Source: a virus
Lineage: Duplodnaviria > Heunggongvirae > Uroviricota > Caudoviricetes
Reading direction: 5' to 3' (one strand)
Virus record (IMG/VR): IMGVR_UViG_3300020202_000067
Location: 17,335-81,334 of that record
Length of the DNA: 64,000 bases
How positions within the stretch are numbered: position 1 is the stretch's first letter; every line of letters starts with the position of its first letter. Below are positions 48,836 to 57,804 of the stretch, in pieces. The translations under genes and the position numbers were made by a program. The notes beneath the pieces are model-generated. The model had not been told where the DNA came from. It saw nothing but the letters and a program-made list of their open reading frames with translations, and ran no database searches.

Positions 48836-49618
48836 TCAGGAAAGAGCTCTCATCTGGTCGATCAGCTTGATCATGAACCTCTTCTCCTCGATTGAGATCG
48901 GGAGTTGTCTGATGTGATTGTCAAGATCATTCGCTGCCTTATCGAACGTTCGCTCGATAAACAAGTCGATCCAAGGGTGCACGGCGCGCACCGCAGTCTT
49001 CATGTCCTCAAGCACGTCACGGTATTCGCCCTGGGTGCGGGATGAGGAGCGCTTGCGCACCACATCAACAAACGTGCGCATGTTCATCTTGGCGACGATG
49101 TTGGTCAAGATGTTGGTGGGCAAGATGCCGCGTGCGTCTTCGATCGCAGCGCCATTCTTAATTAGCTCCTTGTAAACTGTATCAGTGAACGACATGCCTT
49201 GATCATAGATATGTTGTAGTCCTTCACTCTCAACGATGCTCGGCCCTGTCAGGTAGTCCCACCCCGGACCCTCGCTCACGTCCAAAACGCGCATGGTCTG
49301 TTGAGCAAAGCTGGCGGTGCGCGTGCGCACAAACTGGTGCGTGAAGGCGCGCGTCACATCCTCAATGACGAAGGTGTAGTCAACAAACTCCCAACTCGAT
49401 GGGATCGTATTGGCCATGTATTCGAGCTCCTTCCAGAGCTCAGCGATCGGCATGTCGAGGTATTTGCGCAAGCCTTCCGGGTTCATGGTGAGGCGCGTGT
49501 TCTTGGTGAACACAAGCAGTGCCGCCGCATAGTGGCTGGCATCCAGCCGCCCAGACCCGGTGTAGTCAAGCAGTGAGACCTTCAGCTTCTTCATCGCTCT
49601 CTCCATAAACTCTCTCAA
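48836..49618 (-). CDS. flavin-dependent thymidylate synthase (ThyX)-like protein with non-canonical RTR..S motif
   Basis: 260 aa. 'HQFVRTRTASFAQQTMRV' aligns to the ThyX signature RHRxxSxxxxSxR with H->T and second S->T. C-terminal 'RGILPTNILTNIVAKMNMRTFVDVVRKR' resembles the ThyX C-terminal helix. Confidence 0.5.
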   Translation of the reverse strand: MREFMERAMKKLKVSLLDYTGSGRLDASHYAAALLVFTKNTRLTMNPEGLRKYLDMPIAELWKELEYMANTIPSSWEFVDYTFVIEDVTRAFTHQFVRTRTASFAQQTMRVLDVSEGPGWDYLTGPSIVESEGLQHIYDQGMSFTDTVYKELIKNGAAIEDARGILPTNILTNIVAKMNMRTFVDVVRKRSSSRTQGEYRDVLEDMKTAVRAVHPWIDLFIERTFDKAANDLDNHIRQLPISIEEKRFMIKLIDQMRALS

Positions 49619-50273
49619 GCACCTGCCGGACCTTCATGAGATCCATCTTGTCGTCCACTGTCCGCACGCCGCTTTCCATGTCGATGTAGTACGGGCCGCG
49701 CGCATTCATCTTGACCAGTTCAGCAACAACTTTGTCAGGGTTGAGGCCGCCTGAATAACCGTTGATGCCTTGCTTGTTTTCAAGATAGCGAGGCCAATGC
49801 TCTGGTCGGAGACCTCTTCCGCCTGAAGGATCATACAACCAATCTACCCGAGGATCAGTCGGCATCGCCGGTAATTGATGCTGCAACACCACGCGCACGC
49901 CATACTTCTTGCTGAACTCTACAGCATGGTCTTTCCAAAAGACATCTCCTGAAACAGGACGATAGTTGACCTGCACCCTCTGGAAACGCGACCATGGTAT
50001 GCTTGGACTGACAGGGTCAAGATCGCCGGTGTCGATGATCTTCTTCGCAAAGTAACCACAGATGTGCGCGGAGAGCGGCAACATCGATCTGGCCAGCTCC
50101 TTCACGTATGCGTAATCTGGGTAGCGAGGATGATTGCCGCTCTTGGTCGGCGAGAAGAGCACACCCCATTCAATGCGGCCGAGGTTCTCACGCGTGATCA
50201 CTTCAGCGTCGTTGATGTAGATGCTCTCATCGATGCCGGTGAAGGTGATGTGGTTAGGGAGCAACATTGCCAA
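49566..50273 (-). CDS. phosphoribosylanthranilate isomerase (TrpF)-like TIM-barrel protein
   Basis: C-terminal 'YSGGLNPDKVVAELVKMNARGPYYIDMESGVRT' parallels TrpF 'SGGLNPENV...AVDVSSGVE'. 'LYDPSGGRGLRPEHW' parallels 'LLDAGGSGKTFDW'. Confidence 0.45.
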   Translation of the reverse strand: MAMLLPNHITFTGIDESIYINDAEVITRENLGRIEWGVLFSPTKSGNHPRYPDYAYVKELARSMLPLSAHICGYFAKKIIDTGDLDPVSPSIPWSRFQRVQVNYRPVSGDVFWKDHAVEFSKKYGVRVVLQHQLPAMPTDPRVDWLYDPSGGRGLRPEHWPRYLENKQGINGYSGGLNPDKVVAELVKMNARGPYYIDMESGVRTVDDKMDLMKVRQVLERVYGESDEEAEGLTA

Positions 50274-50526
50274 ACCTCATTTGCCCGATGGTCCTTGCAT
50301 CAAGTTCTTTTACCCGCTCTTCCAATTTCTTCAGCCTTTCAACTTCATCCTTGCCTTTAAAAGAGCCACAAAAGTCGTCCTTAAAGGTTAATGGCCAATT
50401 GGCGCTTTTCCAAGATCCAGGAGCCATTTCTTCTGCGCCACTCTTAGGAGGAGCGCCGTGACAGAACCCATATCCCTCCTTCCAAGGTGCAAACCAAGAA
50501 CACTTTTCACAATTGTTGTTGTTCAT
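50254..50526 (-). CDS. hypothetical small Cys-containing protein
   Basis: 90 aa. CxxC plus additional Cys/His. ATGA-coupled at 50523. Confidence 0.3.
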   Translation of the reverse strand: MNNNNCEKCSWFAPWKEGYGFCHGAPPKSGAEEMAPGSWKSANWPLTFKDDFCGSFKGKDEVERLKKLEERVKELDARTIGQMRFGNVAP

Positions 50527-51455
50527 CTATGCCTCGCTAGCTTGTATCCACGGTCCTTGGATGCGATCCATTTGTCAATGAGGCGGACGTCATTGACGAG
50601 GTCGTCTAGCAGCAAACCAGGACGCCACGTCGCGAAGCGTCCCAAGGAGAAGACGCCGTGCTTGTCGGTCGCCCAGTGAATGAACTCTTTGCGCATGTAG
50701 TCATCCACCGGAGCTATTTTTGCATAGCGCTGCTCCACGGCACGAGGATTTTCCACCCAAGCGCTCGAGATGCCAAGCATCGTGCAGGCTTCTCTCGCCA
50801 AGTCGTCTGCATCGATTTGACTGGCATTCACTCCAGGGATCTCGACAATGAGCTCATTGCCAGTGAGCGAAACGCGCGAGATCGGGTTGCCTGGATCTGT
50901 GACCAGGATCGAAACATAAGCGTCGCAACGCGCAACAGCAGCTCGTACATTGACACCGTGCATCCAATTGAAAAGGAACTTGTCGCGCAACGGATATTGA
51001 AGGGCATCCATCAACAAAGGCATAGGGATGGTCGAGACCGTCACCACATTCGGGTCTCTTTCTGCACCCTCCCTATAAAATTCATAGTCTGTGTCAAAGA
51101 GCGCGCGCACAGGATCAGCCATCTGCTGGATGAGATCTGGCGGAGCGATCCAACGTTCAGACGCGACGAGGCCATCAATGACGGACCGGTCTGAGCGGTA
51201 AACCTGATTGTTCTTGTAGGAATAAGCCAACGCATCCGCCACCGGGTTCAGCCACGGCAGCGCATACTTGATCATCTTCACCTTCTTGAACTCGATGCCG
51301 AGAACGTCGCCAATCTGCGGCGTGCGGAAGCGCAACACGGCTGAGTGATTGTTCGGCAGACCCTTTTGCTTTTCATACACGATAGGCTGGCGATGTTGCA
51401 GCATCCGCGCCGCGAGTAGACCTGCCATCCCGGCACCTACAATTTCGAGTTTCAT
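50523..51455 (-). CDS. FAD/NAD(P)-binding oxidoreductase
   Basis: 'MKLEIVGAGMAGLLAARML' is an N-terminal GxGxxG dinucleotide-binding fold. 310 aa. Confidence 0.5.
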   Translation of the reverse strand: MKLEIVGAGMAGLLAARMLQHRQPIVYEKQKGLPNNHSAVLRFRTPQIGDVLGIEFKKVKMIKYALPWLNPVADALAYSYKNNQVYRSDRSVIDGLVASERWIAPPDLIQQMADPVRALFDTDYEFYREGAERDPNVVTVSTIPMPLLMDALQYPLRDKFLFNWMHGVNVRAAVARCDAYVSILVTDPGNPISRVSLTGNELIVEIPGVNASQIDADDLAREACTMLGISSAWVENPRAVEQRYAKIAPVDDYMRKEFIHWATDKHGVFSLGRFATWRPGLLLDDLVNDVRLIDKWIASKDRGYKLARHR

Positions 51456-51688
51456 GACGCAACCTCCATACCGCGCGATGAAATGCGCATGGCAAGCAAG
51501 GAGCGCTGGCCGACCGCTGAAGTGAGATCGACCATCACTGTGAAAATTTCAATCAGCCCTAACTGACGAAGCTCTCTGGCCGTTTCAAACTCACTGGCAC
51601 TGATCAAGAATGAATTGTTCATTCCTGCATTGTAAAGAGACCTCAACAGAACATGTTGTTCGTGAGGAAGAAGCAGCTTGTTATTCAT
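51452..51688 (-). CDS. hypothetical small protein
   Basis: 78 aa. ATGA-coupled to the oxidoreductase. Confidence 0.3.
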   Translation of the reverse strand: MNNKLLLPHEQHVLLRSLYNAGMNNSFLISASEFETARELRQLGLIEIFTVMVDLTSAVGQRSLLAMRISSRGMEVAS

Positions 51689-51721
51689 GACACGAACCTG
51701 ACCTCCTTGGCTCCACGTTCC

Positions 51722-51967
51722 TTAAGCAAGGCTTCGAGCGTCGCGTGCACTAGCGCAACGTTGGCATATTTCCTGCCGCCTGTCACGATCACCTTGCATG
51801 TACTCACCGTAATGCTCCCAGCAAAGAATGCCCACACCATCTAACCAGACAATTCCGTACTCCTTACACAAATCACAAGCGCCGTTGTGCAACCTCTCGC
51901 TCTCTGCGTGCGATCCACGCATCCAACGAATGAGCGAAGTTAGGGCGTTTCTCACGGCGACGAGCAT
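51722..51967 (-). CDS. hypothetical small Cys-rich protein
   Basis: 81 aa ORF. Confidence 0.3.
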   Translation of the reverse strand: MLVAVRNALTSLIRWMRGSHAESERLHNGACDLCKEYGIVWLDGVGILCWEHYGEYMQGDRDRRQEICQRCASARDARSLA

Positions 51968-52023
51968 CCTTCAGCTCCTTGAGTGTCATGTCGCCCATCT
52001 GCTTGGCGGGCGGCATAGTGTAA

Positions 52024-52266
52024 CTAACCATTGCAGTAGTCTTCGTAACTGCCATAGACCTTGACACCGTTGACGTACTTGAAGCGCGGCTTCGGCCACG
52101 AGGCTTCTGCGCGCGCCCAGCTTTGAGCTTGGGCCTTGATTTGAGCTTGCTTTTCTTCATCGCTCATTGCATCCCATTTCTTTTTCGCTTCAGCGAGGAG
52201 TCTGTCTAGAGGCACTGGCATCGAGCTCATCGCCACACTCCTTGCATTGATGTTTCCATTCACCAT
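52024..52266 (-). CDS. hypothetical small protein
   Basis: 80 aa ORF. Confidence 0.3.
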   Translation of the reverse strand: MVNGNINARSVAMSSMPVPLDRLLAEAKKKWDAMSDEEKQAQIKAQAQSWARAEASWPKPRFKYVNGVKVYGSYEDYCNG

Positions 52267-52399
52267 CGACTTTCAGCACGCTCCATCCTGCCTCACGCAT
52301 TGCGGCGAGTGCTATTTGAAAATTCTCTGAATTTGTCTCGAGAACTTCTTCGCACTCGTCGCAGATGAAGATGATCTTTCGGTGCTGGCGATCGATCAA
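52190..52399 (-). CDS. hypothetical small zinc-ribbon-like protein
   Basis: 69 aa. 'ICDEC...CKEC' is a C4 pattern. Confidence 0.3.
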   Translation of the reverse strand: MIDRQHRKIIFICDECEEVLETNSENFQIALAAMREAGWSVLKVDGEWKHQCKECGDELDASASRQTPR

Positions 52400-52821
52400 G
52401 CTACTTCCTCAACTTTAGAGACATCTTTCCAAATTGGCTCAAGCGTTATCACGCCATCACTTGTGTTCTGCCAACGCTCCCATTTCTGCTGCAGAATGTT
52501 CTCTCCGTCACGGAACAAGAACCGGAACTCATTGGTGCGTCCTTCAATGATGTTGTATCCTGGAGCCGGGCTGCTGTAGGGCGAAGGCAGAGCAATCGGT
52601 TCAGCCCAATGCGTGACTTCGAAGCCGTAGTCTGATAGGTCTGTGTTTATGACATCGAGCCACCGCGTCTTGCCATTGCGCGGCGGGCGATACTCATTGT
52701 CATAGAAACCGAGAGTCAAGAACCTAGCCTTGTCCCCGACCATTCCACTGTCACCTGTCAACATGACAATACGCTTTTGCTGCGGCATGACCTTGCTGAC
52801 GTCGTACCAGTTGACATTCAT
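52396..52821 (-). CDS. hypothetical protein (DUF551-like phage protein?)
   Basis: 141 aa ORF. Confidence 0.3.
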   Translation of the reverse strand: MNVNWYDVSKVMPQQKRIVMLTGDSGMVGDKARFLTLGFYDNEYRPPRNGKTRWLDVINTDLSDYGFEVTHWAEPIALPSPYSSPAPGYNIIEGRTNEFRFLFRDGENILQQKWERWQNTSDGVITLEPIWKDVSKVEEVA

Positions 52822-52933
52822 GCTGCATCCTCCGGAACTTCAGCGTGGTGAAGATAGCGCACAATCTTCTCCTCAGCGAGCAGCGCGAGCCGCTCTGCTT
52901 GGGTCTCGGTCAAGCCGTTGTGATGATTTGTGG

Positions 52934-53305
52934 TCATGAAATTGCAACCTCAAATGTGGGCCATCGAACTTGGCGCTTGGGTTGATATGGAAACGTCACT
53001 GGAACATTGCTGTCGATGTCATACACGCGTCCAGTTCTAGCATCTTTGAATACAGAACCACAACGCTTGTTCTGAAACAATGGGCCATCATCTGAAATTT
53101 CCATCCACTCATCGTCCTCACCCGTGAGCGGAGAGAGCGGACCGCCCGCAAGCAATTGCATGAACACCGGAGCGACAGCCGCGACGGCTCCTCCACTGTC
53201 CCATTGATCGAGAAACTTTTCCAAGATCTCAATCATGACTGCGCTGTCTTCCTCGCCGAAGTTGATGCGCTCAAGCTCAGCCTTGGCTTGATCGATGATG
53301 CTCAT
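52934..53305 (-). CDS. hypothetical acidic protein
   Basis: 123 aa ORF. Confidence 0.3.
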   Translation of the reverse strand: MSIIDQAKAELERINFGEEDSAVMIEILEKFLDQWDSGGAVAAVAPVFMQLLAGGPLSPLTGEDDEWMEISDDGPLFQNKRCGSVFKDARTGRVYDIDSNVPVTFPYQPKRQVRWPTFEVAIS

Positions 53306-53601
53306 GATATCGGCTCCTCCATAATGTCTGAGTAGTCGCCAACATTGTAACCGACAATAGGTGGAATTTCAACAGATGGCACGTGCCGCGCCATAGCCGC
53401 TTCCTTGCTCTCCAAGGCGCAATCGACTTCTTCACATGCGCCATACTCATTCCATCCTGCACCGCAAGTTGTGCAATAGAACGGCTCACCGTCCTTCGAG
53501 TCACGGAACCCGCGCTTGCGGTTCATGGCCAGTTCGATTTCAGGTGCAATCTCTGCCACGATAGTTCCTCCTGATGTTCTCCTTGAGCGACACCGCTTCA
53601 A
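53302..53601 (-). CDS. hypothetical small protein (likely shorter start 'MNRKRGF...')
   Basis: 99 aa track ORF. Cys cluster 'YCTTCGAGW...CEEVDC'. Confidence 0.3.
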   Translation of the reverse strand: MKRCRSRRTSGGTIVAEIAPEIELAMNRKRGFRDSKDGEPFYCTTCGAGWNEYGACEEVDCALESKEAAMARHVPSVEIPPIVGYNVGDYSDIMEEPIS

Positions 53602-53881
53602 GGTGCTCTGGGTTAACGCATCTGCGGTGTGCTAGCGGCAACCAGCCCCAGTGCTTGCATATATGGTCAACTGTCTGGCTGCGACGCAACTTCTTCCCAT
53701 TGAACAACTCCCATGCGCGACGATGCACGTAAAACCACACCTCAACGCCACCAATCCAGCGCTTCGCTTTTGGATAATTCCGCCCGCGCCCCTTGCCGTC
53801 TCCGCTATCAGCCCCAATCCACAACCAACAACCTGATGGACACACAATTACCCGTTCAAGAATTTCCTCGATTGATTGCAT
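53540..53881 (-). CDS. HNH endonuclease (free-standing, homing-endonuclease-like)
   Basis: 113 aa. 'CPSGCWLWIG...YVHRRAWELFNG...VDHIC...RRCVNPEHL' is an HNH_3-type pattern. Confidence 0.55.
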   Translation of the reverse strand: MQSIEEILERVIVCPSGCWLWIGADSGDGKGRGRNYPKAKRWIGGVEVWFYVHRRAWELFNGKKLRRSQTVDHICKHWGWLPLAHRRCVNPEHLEAVSLKENIRRNYRGRDCT

Positions 53882-54059
53882 TCTTGCCCCTCAAATACTC
53901 TCCATACGACATTCGCAGCCAAACGGTTTCTTTTGCATTATCAGATCTAACAACACGCTCATCCGCATCTCTAGCCGGCATTTTGAACGGCTCAAGACTT
54001 GCACGAAGCTCTTTCGCGTCGAGAGGCCCACGGCTGCCAGAGCGAGATTGCCTTCATGG

Positions 54060-54368
54060 TCAGGTCTCCTGCGGTTCTGTGATGTCAGCGTCAGCAAGGC
54101 TACAGCCTTGCTCTTCGTTAGCGATTGCTGCCCGGCCAGCCGCGGTTATGCGCCACGAATACCGTGCCTGCCGATGGCCGCCGTCGCGCTTCGCCTCGAT
54201 CAATCCTAGGCGTTCCAGGGAGAGCAGCGTGCGGGACGATCTTGCGGCGACGCCGCCAGAAATCTCGGTCGTGCAAAACCACGTCGTCGGAAGCTTCATG
54301 CGCTCCATGGACGCGCGGCACGCCTCCAGCTCGCGCAGCGCTTCCACTTGATGCCTGCTCAGGTCCAT
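54060..54368 (-). CDS. winged-helix DNA-binding protein
   Basis: 102 aa. 'SRTLLSLERLGLIEAKRDGGHRQARYSWRITAAG' is wHTH-like. An unlisted 43-aa ORF (approx 54363-54494) overlaps its start. Confidence 0.35.
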   Translation of the reverse strand: MDLSRHQVEALRELEACRASMERMKLPTTWFCTTEISGGVAARSSRTLLSLERLGLIEAKRDGGHRQARYSWRITAAGRAAIANEEQGCSLADADITEPQET

Positions 54369-54494
54369 GGCTCGTGGTTCCTATTGAACAGCGCGGACCA
54401 GCTTGTGCCAGTATAAAAATGCGAACGCTCCGCTGTGGCCTGCTTGTGCAGGTCCTCCAGTGCGGCGATGAGGTCATCAGACCCGCTCATGAGC

Positions 54495-55121
54495 CTAGAC
54501 CCCCATCCAATCATTGTCCATTGCTTCATTAGTGTCCCAGATGCAGTACTCCACCTCAGTCTTTCCGATAATGTAGTTGCGCCTCATCAAGACTTCCCTT
54601 GCATCTTGCAGCAGCTTCTCAAACCAATAGCGCGTGGTCCGCGCTCGCATGGTGAGGATCCTGTATTCGCGATCATGCCGTGTGGAGAGATGCATATTGA
54701 GGCAGTGCAACAGCTCCCGGTCGAAGAGCTCAGGAGTGTGCACATGCACGTGCGCCTCGAAGTATCCCTTCTCATCGAACGGCACTCGTTGCGGTGCGTT
54801 CGGGTGCCATGGAACGGTTTCGATTTTCTTGCGAATGATTTCAATGTCGAAGTCTTTTTGTAAAAACTCCGACTGGTCCTCCATCTCACGCCGCGCTTGC
54901 AGTTCAAGCTCACAACGAACAATTTCAGACGTGAGAAACTCACGCTTCAAGTTGCCGTCCGGAAGATGATTGTCGATGACAATCAAATCAAGCCCAGCAG
55001 CTCTGATTTTATCGCCAGGATCATTTGCCAGCGTGAGATGAATTTCATACGGCAAATTCATGACCATTCTCCTGATTGGGAGACGGCGGGAGAGTGCTCC
55101 CTTCTCCCCCGCCGCCATCAC
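54495..55121 (-). CDS. hypothetical protein
   Basis: 208 aa track ORF (real start probably 'MVMNLPYEIHL'). Carries 'HLTL' and a His-rich 'HVHVHTPE' stretch, but no confident 2H-phosphoesterase assignment. Confidence 0.3.
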   Translation of the reverse strand: MMAAGEKGALSRRLPIRRMVMNLPYEIHLTLANDPGDKIRAAGLDLIVIDNHLPDGNLKREFLTSEIVRCELELQARREMEDQSEFLQKDFDIEIIRKKIETVPWHPNAPQRVPFDEKGYFEAHVHVHTPELFDRELLHCLNMHLSTRHDREYRILTMRARTTRYWFEKLLQDAREVLMRRNYIIGKTEVEYCIWDTNEAMDNDWMGV

Positions 55122-55153
55122 CGTCTGCGCTTTCCGTGTTGAACAGACGGCAA

Positions 55154-56179
55154 TTACATCGTTTCGCTGTCACCAGCCGGGCGCTCAACACCTTCAGCAG
55201 CATCAAACGTCCGGGCACCAGTCGCCATGTCTTGTGCGAGCTTCTGACCGCGCTGCAGATCCTCCAGCGTGGGCACCCAGAAGGTGGACGGGATGCCTTC
55301 CTCTTCCTCACCGGCGTCCGTGATCTTGAACACGTACCAGGACTGCGCACCCTTGGTGCGGATCTCAGTGGTGAAGCGATAATAAACAGCGCAAGAGTCA
55401 GCACGCTGACCGTCGATCTGCTTATTGTTCATAAGCATCATCCAGGCCTTCGCGACAGAATGGCCTGTGGAAGCGAAGGGGATGACCAGCGGGATTGGCG
55501 GGTTCTCGCCATTCTCGTCAATGAGCCACCCACCATGGTAGCGCGTCTCCACGATGATGTTGCCATTCGGCCGCACGAGGAATTCACGATCCGGGTTCTG
55601 CGGATCAATGCCCTTCTTGCTCACTGTATCGCGAGGCATATCGTCATGCATGGCGACGAAGCCTTGACCGCCGCCGCCACCCGAATTGCGCGGCAGCCAC
55701 TCCACCCACTTCTTCTGGAAGTAGCAAGGCTGGAACAGAAAGCCCTGCTCGCCCTTGATCAGCGGGTTCGGGGCGTTCTTGATCAGGATGTCACCAGCCT
55801 GCGCGCCAGGGATCTGGGTCTGGGAGCCACGCATCACTTCAGGCGAATTAGCCTGCAGCACCCGTGCCATCGGGATGAGCAGGTCTGAGGCATCCTGCGA
55901 GGTGCCAGCGCCTGTCATCTTGGCTTGAGCGAGATGTGCAGGAACCTTGCCGCCTGAAGCAGTCACGGCACGCTGTTGGGACCTCTTGTCATTCACCGCT
56001 GGCACGGACGCCTTGCCCTTGGTCGGCGTCGCGGCCTTCTGTGCAGTCTTAGCCATTGTCTTTCTCCAGGTTATCATCTCGGCCGAAAACGCCGAATGCT
56101 TCAAGAGCCTTGCGTGCACACTCACGATCACGCAAGGCCATGAACTCCTCAAACGCCTTGATCGCTTCTTCTGGACCAA
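55154..56179 (-). CDS. hypothetical protein with basic N-terminal tail and acidic C-terminus (possible DNA-binding/recombination-associated protein); probable start ~56054 (MAKTAQK...)
   Basis: Track ORF 341 aa. The first ~40 aa are Arg/Ser low-complexity. Confidence 0.3.
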   Translation of the reverse strand: MVQKKRSRRLRSSWPCVIVSVHARLLKHSAFSAEMITWRKTMAKTAQKAATPTKGKASVPAVNDKRSQQRAVTASGGKVPAHLAQAKMTGAGTSQDASDLLIPMARVLQANSPEVMRGSQTQIPGAQAGDILIKNAPNPLIKGEQGFLFQPCYFQKKWVEWLPRNSGGGGGQGFVAMHDDMPRDTVSKKGIDPQNPDREFLVRPNGNIIVETRYHGGWLIDENGENPPIPLVIPFASTGHSVAKAWMMLMNNKQIDGQRADSCAVYYRFTTEIRTKGAQSWYVFKITDAGEEEEGIPSTFWVPTLEDLQRGQKLAQDMATGARTFDAAEGVERPAGDSETM

Positions 56180-56342
56180 GGTTGTGGATTTCTAAATTCT
56201 GGTCCTCCATCGGTAAGTGTGGCTCACAGCGCACGGCTTCAAAGTGCGTCACGTTCGTGCGCATCGTCCATGCGCCTTCCTCCCTGCGCCATGCCTGCGC
56301 GACCTTGTTGAGCGTTTCTTGAGTGATCACCGAACGCTCCAC
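56049..56342 (-). CDS. hypothetical small protein
   Basis: 97 aa ORF. Confidence 0.3.
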   Translation of the reverse strand: MERSVITQETLNKVAQAWRREEGAWTMRTNVTHFEAVRCEPHLPMEDQNLEIHNLGPEEAIKAFEEFMALRDRECARKALEAFGVFGRDDNLEKDNG

Positions 56343-56653
56343 AAGACAATGGAGAACATTGCAAGCCCCAAGTAGCTTGGCCAGTAGGCAGGCTTGGCTT
56401 CAAGAGGCACGACTTTCAAATCTGAATGAATAACAGGCTCGCGCTCGATGATGCCGTAGGCCAGCGCCCAATAGGTCCACGCCCGCGCCCACACACGCGC
56501 TTCTGAATACCAATCATTGCATGGACCAAAAGCGCCGTTGTGAGCGCAATAGCACGCGCCAGGATATTCAGGAAAGAAGCCAACACAACTTTGACATTCA
56601 TACTGCGGCCAAGCGTAGTTGATGATGAGACGTTGCAGCCATGTATTCTTCAC
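56327..56653 (-). CDS. hypothetical Cys/Trp-rich protein with C-terminal hydrophobic segment
   Basis: 108 aa ORF. Confidence 0.3.
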   Translation of the reverse strand: MKNTWLQRLIINYAWPQYECQSCVGFFPEYPGACYCAHNGAFGPCNDWYSEARVWARAWTYWALAYGIIEREPVIHSDLKVVPLEAKPAYWPSYLGLAMFSIVLWSVR

Positions 56654-56656
56654 TTG

Positions 56657-56863
56657 TCAATCTCCATCGACCAAGAAATGCAGCGGCTCGAATTGCTCGC
56701 CGCCGTCAGGAATGAAGCGATGAACATACACGACGCGATTGGTGGCGACATAGATCTTATTATTGAAGATCACCATTCCCACGACAGCTTCGCCTTCCGG
56801 AAGCTCTTTCATCAGGCGTGTACCTGGGCGGTGTCCACAAGGGCACTTGATCACTTCAGCCAT
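56657..56863 (-). CDS. hypothetical small protein
   Basis: 68 aa. N-terminal 'CPCGH' motif. Confidence 0.3.
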   Translation of the reverse strand: MAEVIKCPCGHRPGTRLMKELPEGEAVVGMVIFNNKIYVATNRVVYVHRFIPDGGEQFEPLHFLVDGD

Positions 56864-57113
56864 GATTCAACTCCAGCAATTCGATCTCAACGAATGGCTC
56901 TCGCGCTTCAGCCAGCACCCAGAACGGATCAGAGGCGACCAAATAACGCTTGCCCCCAATTGAGAGACGATTGTTCAGCTGAGGAACTGCATGCATGTTC
57001 TGCGCGTGAACAACGGTCTTGCTTGTTCCTTTGGTCACGAAGCGAACGAAAGGGGCGGAGCCTTCTGTCGCTGACTTCAATTGCGCAAAATCTGGCATGC
57101 GCTCTTTCCCCAA
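56856..57113 (-). CDS. hypothetical small protein
   Basis: 85 aa ORF. Confidence 0.3.
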   Translation of the reverse strand: MGKERMPDFAQLKSATEGSAPFVRFVTKGTSKTVVHAQNMHAVPQLNNRLSIGGKRYLVASDPFWVLAEAREPFVEIELLELNHG

Positions 57114-57201
57114 TGCAAATCAACCAAAGCGCACAAGGAGCCCTTCACTCCAATTGCAAACAAGGTGGCAGCCACCAAGGCTACGATGATCACCAGTTGA
57201 T

Positions 57202-57804
57202 TCATGCACGCTTCACCTTCGGCTTCACGACGCGGCCGACGGATGCCCCAAGCAGCTCCAGCGGCGGCATCACGCCCTTTTCCTCGACCATCTCCTTCAC
57301 AAACGCTGTGAGCGTCTGCGGGTGCACCGTCTCCTTGAACTTGGCGCTCACGCCTTTCTTCTTGCACACGCTCTCAAAGAACTTCTCAGCTTGCTCCTTG
57401 CGGCCGCGCTCGAAGGAGGAGATGACATCAACCTTGATCAAGTCGCCATGACCGTTCTTTTCAAGCCAATCGAAGGCAGCACGGCGCTTTTCCTCCGGCC
57501 ATGTGGCCGCGATGTTGGCGCTGTAGTACGGTTTCATCTCATATTCAATGGCCGGGTAATTGCCATCAGCCTGGAGCGTGAAGGCTTCCATCTTGCATTC
57601 ATCAAAGAGATCAGGAATGGTCTTGGAATAGAGACCATTGAGTTGTTGGCGCATCTCCGACAACCGTTCTTCGAGGGACGTGATTTCCCTCTCAAGGTCT
57701 CTGGCGTCTGTCAGATGCTTTTCAAGGCGGGACAGCTTGTCTTGGGGGACTTCTTGCTTGCTAGAAACTGCGGCGGCTGCCACAGCGGCGCTAGGTTTCG
57801 ACAT
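57202..57804 (-). CDS. first gene of the leftward early operon; coiled-coil protein (recombination/host-takeover candidate)
   Basis: 200 aa. N-terminal Ala-rich stretch, then a long coiled coil 'LSRLEKHLTDARDLEREITSLEERLSEMRQQL'. Directly downstream of the divergent promoter region. Confidence 0.35.
   Translation of the reverse strand: MSKPSAAVAAAAVSSKQEVPQDKLSRLEKHLTDARDLEREITSLEERLSEMRQQLNGLYSKTIPDLFDECKMEAFTLQADGNYPAIEYEMKPYYSANIAATWPEEKRRAAFDWLEKNGHGDLIKVDVISSFERGRKEQAEKFFESVCKKKGVSAKFKETVHPQTLTAFVKEMVEEKGVMPPLELLGASVGRVVKPKVKRA

Noticed and set aside
57077-57367. 96-aa minus-strand ORF (also 34557..34754, 37610..37810, 36672..37238)
   Set aside because: Arg/Gly/Ala-rich frame artefacts overlapping stronger co-directional genes.
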